Position numbers and translations under genes: made by a program. From positions 5,507-69,506 of the forward strand of contig CAMBKF010000005.1 of assembly GCA_945868085.1 (NCBI GenBank): a stretch of 64,000 nucleotides of DNA, written 5' to 3'. Origin of the DNA: an uncultured Oscillibacter sp. (GTDB taxonomy: Bacteria > Bacillota > Clostridia > Oscillospirales > Oscillospiraceae). Under the pieces are notes generated by a model that was not told the DNA's origin, did not search any database, and was given only the letters and a program-made list of their open reading frames with translations. Shown here piece by piece: positions 56,413-64,000 of the stretch (the stretch's first letter is position 1; every line of letters begins with the position of its first letter).

Positions 56413-56964
56413 ATGGACGCCGCTGCCAACAGCTACCGCCGTTTTCTGGACGGCGACGAGAGTGCCTTTGAGGAGATCATGCGGGAGCTGTTTGGCGGGC
56501 TGGTTTTCTTCATCAATGGCTTCGTACACGATCCCCACGCCGCGGAGGACATCGCCATCGACGCCTTTTCCGACCTGGTGGTACATCGGCACCGCTACAA
56601 CTTCCGGGTGAGCCTGAAGACCTATCTCTACATGGTGGGCCGCAGCCGCGCCCTGGACTACCTCCGCCGCCGAAAGCTCCTCCGCTTCACGGAGCTATCC
56701 GAGGCCCACGGCCTGGCGGACGACTCCGCCGCCCTGGAGGAGCTGGCCCTGGCCAATGACCGCCAGCGCCGGGTAAACGCCGCCCTGGCGCATCTGCCCC
56801 AGGACATGGCCGCGGCGGTGCGGCTGGTCTACTTTGAGGAGATGACCTATGCCGAGGCCGCCCGGGTCATGGGCAAAAAAAGCAAGCAGGTGGATAACCT
56901 GCTGTACCGGGCCAAACGGGAGCTGCAGAGCATTTTGGGAGAGGAGGGGATGGAGCTGCTATGA
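56413..56964 (+). CDS. ECF RNA polymerase sigma factor
   Basis: GDESAF, AEDI..D.F, KTYLY..R.RALD..R, L..FEEMTYAEAA..V...LYRAK. Confidence 0.92.
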   Translation: MDAAANSYRRFLDGDESAFEEIMRELFGGLVFFINGFVHDPHAAEDIAIDAFSDLVVHRHRYNFRVSLKTYLYMVGRSRALDYLRRRKLLRFTELSEAHGLADDSAALEELALANDRQRRVNAALAHLPQDMAAAVRLVYFEEMTYAEAARVMGKKSKQVDNLLYRAKRELQSILGEEGMELL

Positions 56965-57479
56965 GAAGCCTGCAGGAATGTCAGGCGGAGGTGTTCCGCC
57001 GCAGCGAAAAACGGATCCGGGCCCGCCGGCGGGCCATCCGCGCGGTCATGGTCTGCGTGCCGCTGGTCCTGTGCATCACGGCCTTCAGCCTGTTTGTGCT
57101 GCCCGGGCCGGCAGACACCTCTGACGGATCCGGGGCGAAAAACGATGCCGCGTCCCCTCCCCCGTCCATCTGCCGCATCGATGTCAGCGGAGTGGGCCAG
57201 GTCACATCCATTACCGATGAGGGACGCATCTGCGCCATCACCGACGCCCTTGCGGCGCTGAATAATTCCCCCGGCGCGGAGCTCTCCGACGGCAGCGACA
57301 CCGCCGGGGCGGAGGGCCGCACCATTACCCTGCTTGCCCCGGACGGCCCCCAGGCGGTATACCGTCTGACCGATGATACCCTGACCAACGTGACCACCGG
57401 CAGCGCTATGGCTCTGACCCGGGAGCAGAGCGCGGCGCTCTTTGCGCTCCTGGCCCCGGAGGCCGCAGAAAATCCATAA
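56961..57479 (+). CDS. Putative anti-sigma factor (single TM)
   Basis: ATGA-coupled to the ECF gene; short basic N-terminus, TM, extracellular domain. Confidence 0.65.
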   Translation: MRSLQECQAEVFRRSEKRIRARRRAIRAVMVCVPLVLCITAFSLFVLPGPADTSDGSGAKNDAASPPPSICRIDVSGVGQVTSITDEGRICAITDALAALNNSPGAELSDGSDTAGAEGRTITLLAPDGPQAVYRLTDDTLTNVTTGSAMALTREQSAALFALLAPEAAENP

Positions 57480-57494
57480 AAAGGAGGTCCCCCT

Positions 57495-58805
57495 ATGAAG
57501 AAGAAAATCCGGCTTTGGATCGCGGCAGGCGCGCTGCTGCTGATCATCCTCTTTGCCCCCATTCCCGGCAGCCCCTGCAAGGACGGCGGCACCCGGGCCT
57601 ACTCGGCCCTGACCTATAAGATCGTCAAGTGGCAGCGGGACACCGGTTCCGACGTTTATAAGGCCACCAAGGTCTATTGGCTGCCGAACAATTTTAAATC
57701 CATCGACGAGCTGTGGGCCGGGGAGGAGGCCTATGCGCCCCACCACTTTACGGCCACCGTTCTGGAACTGGAGGGCGGCCACGCCCTGGTGCAGCCGGTG
57801 GAGGGGGAGATGGAGGAGCGCGTTGGCAGCGCGATCTCGGTGGATACCGCCGCCCTGGAGGACATCGGCGCCCAGGTGGGCAGCGACGTGGAGATCTACT
57901 ACACCGGCAATATCCTGGAGACCTCCCCCGCGCGGCTCCAGCCCACCAAGTGGGAGATGGCCACGGATCTGCGTCACCGGGCCTACACCGATTTCTGGCT
58001 GGATCCGGAAACCGCCCAGCCCATAGACGACATGGCCGATCCCGTCATCATCTCCCGGATTTACTCCGACTGCTTCTTCGCCCGTCCCGTGGTCCCCATG
58101 CCCTATGAGATCAAGTTCAACGGCGAGCTGCCCCCGGAGTGGTGCGTGGGCGACCAGGTGACCTGCACCTGCGAAAACATCCTCTACGACCAGGATAACC
58201 AGCGGATGGAGGCCGATTTCATCAGCCTGGCCCCCAGTGACTGGCAGATGGACCCCAACGAGGACTATAAGCCGGTGATCTACCTCTACCCTGAGGAGGA
58301 GACGCAGGTGTCCGTGCAGTTGACCCTAGACGGTGACCTCACCTGCACCTATCCCGCCTACAAGAATGGCTGGACCGTCACCGCCGCCCCCGACGGCACC
58401 CTGACGGACAGGCGCGGCCAGACCTACAACTACCTGTACTGGGAGGGCGAGACCTATGCCCGGTGGGACATGACAAGGGGCTTTTGCGTAAAGGGCGAGG
58501 ACACGGCGGCCTTTTTGGAGCAGGCCCTGGCGCAGCTGGGCCTCACCCGCCGGGAGGCCAACGAGTTCATCGTCTACTGGCTGCCCCTTATGGAGCAGAA
58601 TCCCTACAACGTCATTTCCTTCCAGGCGGATGCCTATACCCAGGCGGCGCAGCTGCACATTGACCCGGCGCCGGACACCCTGATCCGGGTATTCATGGTC
58701 TGGCAGAGCTCGGACACCTTCGTAAAGCTCCCCGCCCAGGAGCTCACCGCGCCTGTGCGCACGGGCTTCACCGTGGTGGAGTGGGGCGGCACAAAAATCT
58801 CCTGA
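57495..58805 (+). CDS. Membrane-anchored hypothetical protein with C-terminal KPVIYLYP domain
   Basis: KDGGT..YSALTYK, KPVIYLYP, YLYWEG, EFIVYWLP, VVEWGG. Confidence 0.78.
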   Translation: MKKKIRLWIAAGALLLIILFAPIPGSPCKDGGTRAYSALTYKIVKWQRDTGSDVYKATKVYWLPNNFKSIDELWAGEEAYAPHHFTATVLELEGGHALVQPVEGEMEERVGSAISVDTAALEDIGAQVGSDVEIYYTGNILETSPARLQPTKWEMATDLRHRAYTDFWLDPETAQPIDDMADPVIISRIYSDCFFARPVVPMPYEIKFNGELPPEWCVGDQVTCTCENILYDQDNQRMEADFISLAPSDWQMDPNEDYKPVIYLYPEEETQVSVQLTLDGDLTCTYPAYKNGWTVTAAPDGTLTDRRGQTYNYLYWEGETYARWDMTRGFCVKGEDTAAFLEQALAQLGLTRREANEFIVYWLPLMEQNPYNVISFQADAYTQAAQLHIDPAPDTLIRVFMVWQSSDTFVKLPAQELTAPVRTGFTVVEWGGTKIS

Positions 58806-58865
58806 CACGCATAAAAGTCGGCACAGCCCAAAGGACTGCGCCGACTTTTTGAATTTGGATCTGTT

Positions 58866-60452
58866 TTATGCCCGCCTGAGGATGCGCCCGGCCTTCACGC
58901 CGGTGTATTTGCCCTTTTCCACGGCCACGGCGCCGTCCACCAGTACATAATCCATGCCCTGAGCCAGGACGCAGGGGTTTTCGTAGGTGCCGGGCTGGTG
59001 CAGCCTTTCCAGGGCGAAGACGTTGATGTCCGCGTCCATACCCGGGGCCAGGACGCCCTTGCCGGAAAGGCGCAGGACCTGGGCCGGCTTTTGGGTCATT
59101 TTATGCACCGCCTGCTCCGCCGTCAGCACACCCCGCTCCTTCACAAAATGCTCCAGAAGATGCACGAAGGTGCCGTACACCCGGGGGTGCAGCATCCCAT
59201 CCGTGGGATAGGTGGAGTCGGAGATGACGTTGGAGAGGGGGCTTTGTAGAATGGTCACGATGTCCTCCTCGGAGGCCATGAAGTCTACCATGGTGATCTC
59301 GCAGTGCTCCCGCACCAGCAGGTCGCAGCAGCAGTCCAGGGGATTCTGCCTCCACATAGCCGCAATTTCCGCGATGCTCTTGCCCTGGTAGGGGTGGTCC
59401 TCCGGGCAGTGGAGGCTTGTGAGGCGGATGCCGTCCCACCCGGCCAACCGGGCGATGTCATCGAAGCCGTCGCCCCGGCGGATGCGCTCCGCCAGCTCCC
59501 GCCGGGCCCCTTTGTCCTGCAGGCGCTGCACCACCGCCTCCATGCCGCCGGTGAGAAAGTCCGGAGGCAGAATGTGGATGAGCTGGGTGGAGCCGGCGGT
59601 GTAGGGATATACGTCGCAGCCCACGTCCAGGCCCTCCTGCCGGGCCTGCTCCAGCATGGAAAGCGCCCGGGGAATCTTTACGCCCCAGTTGTCCCGGCCC
59701 ATGGCCTTTAAGTGGCTGATATGCACGGGGATGCGCAGAGCCCGGGCCACGGCGAGCATCTCCTCCAGGGCCTCCAGCACGCCGCCGCCCTCCTGGCGCA
59801 TATGCACCGTTACGGGGATGTCCTGCCCCGCCAGGGGCTCCAGGGCCCGGATCAGCTCCTGGGTAGTGTAAAAGCACTCCGGGGCGTATCCCAGGCCCAG
59901 GGAAACGCCCAGGGCCCCGTCGGCCAGGGCCTGCTCCATGGACCGATGGATAGCCTTATAGTGCTTGTCCTCCAGATGCTCCAAAGCGTAGCCCGCCGCG
60001 CCGGCCCGCAGCACTCCCGCACCCACCAGCATGCCGGTGTGCAGCGGTGCCTCCGGCTGGCCGGCGAAATAGTCCGCCAGGGAATCCATGGGCACCTGTT
60101 TGGGCATCTCCCCGCAGATGGGCTGCAGGTAGGCGGCGATCTCCGCCCGTCTGGCCCGGCGCATGGGCGCGGCGGACAGGCCGCAGTTGCCGTTTACGAT
60201 GGTGGTCAGCCCCTGGCGCAGCTCCAGCTGGCCGAAGCCCGGCCGGTAGGCCGCCAGGTCCGCGTGGCGGTGGATGTCGATAAAGCCCGGGGTCACCAGC
60301 TTCCCGTCGGCGCTGATGACCCGCCGGGCGTGGGCCCCGGGCAGGTCGCCCACCTCCACGATCTTTCCGTTTTCCACCGCCACATCGGCGGCATAAGGGG
60401 CGCTGCCGGTACCGTCCACCACGGTACCGCCCCGGATCAGCAGGTCTAACAT
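58866..60452 (-). CDS. N-acyl-D-amino-acid deacylase family amidohydrolase
   Basis: PGFIDIHRHAD, GNCG.S, H.R.E, HISHLK, DVYPY.AGST, HPR.YGTF. Confidence 0.9.
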   Translation of the reverse strand: MLDLLIRGGTVVDGTGSAPYAADVAVENGKIVEVGDLPGAHARRVISADGKLVTPGFIDIHRHADLAAYRPGFGQLELRQGLTTIVNGNCGLSAAPMRRARRAEIAAYLQPICGEMPKQVPMDSLADYFAGQPEAPLHTGMLVGAGVLRAGAAGYALEHLEDKHYKAIHRSMEQALADGALGVSLGLGYAPECFYTTQELIRALEPLAGQDIPVTVHMRQEGGGVLEALEEMLAVARALRIPVHISHLKAMGRDNWGVKIPRALSMLEQARQEGLDVGCDVYPYTAGSTQLIHILPPDFLTGGMEAVVQRLQDKGARRELAERIRRGDGFDDIARLAGWDGIRLTSLHCPEDHPYQGKSIAEIAAMWRQNPLDCCCDLLVREHCEITMVDFMASEEDIVTILQSPLSNVISDSTYPTDGMLHPRVYGTFVHLLEHFVKERGVLTAEQAVHKMTQKPAQVLRLSGKGVLAPGMDADINVFALERLHQPGTYENPCVLAQGMDYVLVDGAVAVEKGKYTGVKAGRILRRA

Positions 60453-61672
60453 TCCTCTTGTCCTCTTTTCACAGAATCATTTTTCAGCAGAGGCAGCGTC
60501 ACGGTAAACCGCGTCACGCCCTCCGCGCTGGTGCAGCCGATGCTGCCGCCGTGGGTCTGCACAATGCTCTGGGCGATGGCCAGACCCAGGCCGAAGCCCT
60601 CCCCGCCGGTGCGGGATTCGTCCGCCCGGTAGAACCGGTCGAACAGGTGCGGCAGCTTTTCCGCGGGGATGGTCTCCCCCCGGTTTTCCACCTGCAGGAG
60701 GGCGCTCCGTCCCTCCCGGCGCAGCAGCAGGCCCACGGTTGTCCCCGCCGCGGCGTATTTCACGGCGTTGTCCAGCAGAATATCCGCCAGGCGGCGCAGC
60801 TGGGCGGCGCTGCCCCGCACTGCCAGCTCCGGCTGGATGTCGTAGGTCAGCGTCCGGCCGCTTTCAAAGGCCACCGGCTCAAAGGCCAGGGCACTCTCCA
60901 GCACCGTGTCCGACAGGTCCACGGCGGTCATGGTCTGCTTTGCCCCGCTCTCCGTCCGGGCCAGGGTCAGCATATCCTCCACCAAGGCCTTCATCCGCAG
61001 GGACTCGGCCCGGATGCCCTCCACATACTGCCGGGTCTTCTCCGGGTCCTGCTCCCCTGCCGCCAGCTCCGTGGAGGACAGGATCACCGTCAGGGGCGTT
61101 TTCAGCTCGTGGGACGCGTCGGACACGAACTGCTTCTGCTCCTGCCAGGCCCGGCGCACCGGCCGCACCGCAAAGCCCGCCAGCCAGTAGCTCAGCCCCG
61201 TCAGCACCAGCAGGGCCGCCAGCGTGACCAGTCCGCTGCGCAGCAGGAGGCTGCGCATGGTGGCCCGCTCCATGGAGCAGTCGGTGAAGGCGATGCGCAC
61301 CGACACGGCCCCTGCCCGGCGCATATACCGCAGGGAATAGTCCTTCAGCACGCCGCTGTCTTTCTTTTCCTCCAGGGCCGAGCGCACGATGTCCAGCACC
61401 AGGTCCTGATTTTCCAGATTATAATAGCTGCTGCCGGAGAGGCGTATGGTCCCGCCGGTAAATATCTCCGCCACAAAGCAGGGCTGGCCGCTGCTGCCGG
61501 GCAGCTCATTCTTGTCGGTCTTGCCCTCCAGGGCGGCGGCGAGATGACTCTCGCTGCTGCGCACCATCTGGCTGTGGGTGGACAGAGCCAGGACCACCAG
61601 GGCGCTCAGCAGCACCGCCGCCACCGTTACCAAGCTGATGCCCACGATCTTCAGCCGTAATTTCCGGATCAT
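60446..61672 (-). CDS. Sensor histidine kinase
   Basis: Two TM, SDASHELKTPL, LLDNAVKY, FDRFYRAD, GFGLGLAI. Confidence 0.95.
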   Translation of the reverse strand: MIRKLRLKIVGISLVTVAAVLLSALVVLALSTHSQMVRSSESHLAAALEGKTDKNELPGSSGQPCFVAEIFTGGTIRLSGSSYYNLENQDLVLDIVRSALEEKKDSGVLKDYSLRYMRRAGAVSVRIAFTDCSMERATMRSLLLRSGLVTLAALLVLTGLSYWLAGFAVRPVRRAWQEQKQFVSDASHELKTPLTVILSSTELAAGEQDPEKTRQYVEGIRAESLRMKALVEDMLTLARTESGAKQTMTAVDLSDTVLESALAFEPVAFESGRTLTYDIQPELAVRGSAAQLRRLADILLDNAVKYAAAGTTVGLLLRREGRSALLQVENRGETIPAEKLPHLFDRFYRADESRTGGEGFGLGLAIAQSIVQTHGGSIGCTSAEGVTRFTVTLPLLKNDSVKRGQEEC

Positions 61673-62349
61673 TCCTTCTCCTCCAGGCAATAGCCCACCA
61701 GGCGCACCGTGCGGATCCGCATGTCAGAGCGCACCAGCTCCAGCTTCCGCCGCAGGAAGGAGATATATACCTCCACGTTGTTGTCCTCTGCATTGGACTC
61801 ATAGCCCCAGGCCTTGAGCAGCAGCTGCTCCTTGGACAGGATCTGCCCGCCGTTGCGCATGAGCATCTCCAGCAGGTCATATTCCTTGCGGCTGAGCCGG
61901 GCGCTGCGCTGGCCGCAGGTCACCTGAAACGTTCCCGGGTCCAGCACCAGGTCGCCCCGGCGGATGCAGTCGTCCCCGCCGCTCTCGCCGTTGCTGCGCC
62001 GCAGCAGCAGGCGCACGCAGGCCAGCAGCTCCGGGGTCTGGAAGGGCTTGGTCAGGTAGTAATCCGCCCCCTGGTCCAGGCCCCGCACCCGGTCGCTCAG
62101 CTCGCCCCGGGCGGTAAGCATCAGCACCGGCAAATGGCTGCCGCTGCCCCGCAGCCGCTGCAGCAGGGTGAAGCCGTCCATCCCCGGCAGCATCACGTCC
62201 AGCACCAGCAGATCGTAGATCCCCGACAGGGCGTTATCCAGGCCCGAGACGCCGTCGTTGCTCACGTCCACGGTGTAGCCCTCCCGGCGCAGCAGCTCCT
62301 GCAGATTCTGCGCCAGTCTTTTTTCGTCCTCCACCACCAGGATCCGCAT
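61669..62349 (-). CDS. OmpR-family response regulator
   Basis: ILVVEDE, LDVMLP, LTAR, GAD.Y.TKPF, winged helix VEVYISFLRRKL. Confidence 0.96.
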   Translation of the reverse strand: MRILVVEDEKRLAQNLQELLRREGYTVDVSNDGVSGLDNALSGIYDLLVLDVMLPGMDGFTLLQRLRGSGSHLPVLMLTARGELSDRVRGLDQGADYYLTKPFQTPELLACVRLLLRRSNGESGGDDCIRRGDLVLDPGTFQVTCGQRSARLSRKEYDLLEMLMRNGGQILSKEQLLLKAWGYESNAEDNNVEVYISFLRRKLELVRSDMRIRTVRLVGYCLEEKE

Positions 62350-62546
62350 TTTCCCGCCTCCCGTTCGTTTTTCCTCTATTGTATACCGAATTATCCACCG
62401 GGGCAATCCCCAGTATGGCAGTATGGTAATAGTCGATGCTTTAAAGAAAGTTAAAAAAGCAAGTTTTTGGCCGCCCCGCGCCCAAAAAACCGGGAGAGCG
62501 GCCCATCCGCCCTCCCGGTTTGCGTTTTTTTATAGATTCTCTCGGG

Positions 62547-63455
62547 TCATGCGCCCAGGGTCAGCAGATCCAGCAGCGCCTGGGCCGTGGCCGCGGACAC
62601 CTTGAAAATGGCGGGCACGTCGTTATACATGGCGAAATAGCCGTCCTCATACGCCAGGCCGATGTAGACCGTGAAGCTGTCGGCGCTGCCGGTGGCAGTC
62701 AGATAGCTGACGGTAACGGTGACTGCCGGGTCCGTCAGCCCGCAGATGGGCAGCGCGCCGGAGCTGGGGTTATAGTCCACGCAGGACTCCAGCTTCATGC
62801 CATCGGCCAGCAGGGCCGTCAGGGTCGCCATGCGGTCGGACACGTCCGCGCCGTTGCAGAGCCAGCTGTCGCCCTCACCCCGGGCTACGGTGACGTCCAA
62901 TCCGCCGCCCCGGGCCTGGATGCCTGTGATCTTGTCCGCCGTCAGGGCCGGCAGAACGGGCATCTCCACCAGCTCGTAGATATTCCGGTCCATGAGCTGC
63001 ACCAGTGCATCCGGCACCACATAGATCTTGGTGGTGTCTCCATCCCGGCACATATAGTAGCCGCCGCCCTCCGCCGCCGTGCCGATCTGCAGGGACAGGC
63101 CGGAGCCGTCGTCGTTCTTGACCTCCAGGGTGCGGTCCGGCGCGTCCAGGTCATAGGCGGTGATGTCGCCGGGGTTTTCCAGGGGTGTCAGGGTGTTCAG
63201 GGCGCTCACCTGGTCCAGCAGCTGCTGCATCAGCGCCTGGTCCAGGGGCAGGGTGGTGTCGTCCTTCCACTGCCAGTCTCCCTCCGTGTTTTTGGTGAAG
63301 CGCAGGGTGTAGCTGCTGTTTTTGTAGATCATCTCCTGGGTGGAGGCCGTGACCAGCCCCTGGCTGTCCAGGGTGTCGGACGGCTCCTGCTTTTTGCCGC
63401 AGGCCGTGCACGTCAGCAGCAGCACAGCCGCCAGGATCACAATATATTTCTTCAT
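62547..63455 (-). CDS. Lipoprotein with two DUF4340-like repeats
   Basis: Lipobox CTAC; YDLDAP..L.IG..YY and CGLTDP..V.IG..YF repeats. Confidence 0.7.
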   Translation of the reverse strand: MKKYIVILAAVLLLTCTACGKKQEPSDTLDSQGLVTASTQEMIYKNSSYTLRFTKNTEGDWQWKDDTTLPLDQALMQQLLDQVSALNTLTPLENPGDITAYDLDAPDRTLEVKNDDGSGLSLQIGTAAEGGGYYMCRDGDTTKIYVVPDALVQLMDRNIYELVEMPVLPALTADKITGIQARGGGLDVTVARGEGDSWLCNGADVSDRMATLTALLADGMKLESCVDYNPSSGALPICGLTDPAVTVTVSYLTATGSADSFTVYIGLAYEDGYFAMYNDVPAIFKVSAATAQALLDLLTLGA

Positions 63456-63578
63456 GGAATTAGCTCCTCGTTTATCAAATTGACCCGATTATAACAGATT
63501 TCTGCCGAAAAAGAAACCCCCTCCGGGAAAATGCAAAAAAGGAGCGGCCAAAGCCGCTCCTTTCAGAATGCCGATTTC

Positions 63579-64000
63579 TTACAGATGGGACACAAACGAG
63601 CTGTTCACCGCCACCGTGCGGCTGATCTCCGAGGACTTGATGCTGGCGAAGATGGTACTCATAATGGTCAGAGCCTTCTTACCGCTGACCTCCGGCTCCC
63701 GGTCATGCTCCAGGGCGTCCACAAACTCGTCGATAACGCCGGAGCGGGTGGTGGGCTCAAAGCTGTAGGAAGTGGAGGTGTTGCTCATATCCCGCACCAC
63801 AATGGGGGCGCCGGGATCGCTGTAAATGAGCATGATGCCCTTGGTGCCGTAGAGGCAGGTGGAGTTGCACTCCTTGCCGTAAACCGTCCAGCTGGCGGCC
63901 ATGGTGCCCACGGCGCCGCCGTTCATGCGCAGGATGCACAGGGCGTTATCGTCCACGCCGATGAAGTGGCCGTGGTCGTCGTGCTTGTTCAGGGTCATGA
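63579..64000 (-). CDS. Gfo/Idh/MocA oxidoreductase, C-terminal part (runs off the window end)
   Basis: VDDNA..L...G..G...ASW, YGTKG, F.DA.....P.VSG. Confidence 0.75.
   Translation of the reverse strand, partial: MTLNKHDDHGHFIGVDDNALCILRMNGGAVGTMAASWTVYGKECNSTCLYGTKGIMLIYSDPGAPIVVRDMSNTSTSYSFEPTTRSGVIDEFVDALEHDREPEVSGKKALTIMSTIFASIKSSEISRTVAVNSSFVSHL

Overview
High-GC Bacillota chromosome segment, most consistent with an Oscillospiraceae/Oscillibacter-like spore former (spoIIID, Prp-processed L27, TmcAL). The backbone is housekeeping: aro cluster, trkH, pgi, a D-Ala-D-Ala carboxypeptidase, tRNA-Gly, a minimal sufC-sufB pair, a yybP-ykoY-controlled P-type ATPase, rplU-prp-rpmA, mtnN-luxS, rpoBC, the str operon, two gap paralogues, mnmA, an ECF sigma locus and a two-component system. 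The standout is a 4,114-bp AT-richer insertion (21307-25420) between luxS and the rplU promoter. It has an exact 15-bp target duplication and IS30-type terminal inverted repeats. It carries an IS30 transposase plus filamentous-phage (inovirus-like) genes: a pV-like ssDNA-binding protein, a CRESS-type HUH Rep with a CAGTATTAC stem-loop origin, and a Zot/pI-like ATPase fragment. Joining its two ends with a 2-bp spacer would build a TTGACA-17-TACACT promoter aimed at the SSB-Rep genes rather than the transposase, which suggests an excision-triggered replication switch. The copy here looks internally deleted (Rep N-terminus joined to the Zot C-terminus, no coat genes). Other observations include a LysR gene missing most of its HTH, a candidate sRNA upstream of spoIIID, several unannotated small proteins, a His-less kinase, and seven GTAG/TGTC-tagged REP clusters. 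All calls are by eye from motifs; no database searches were run.
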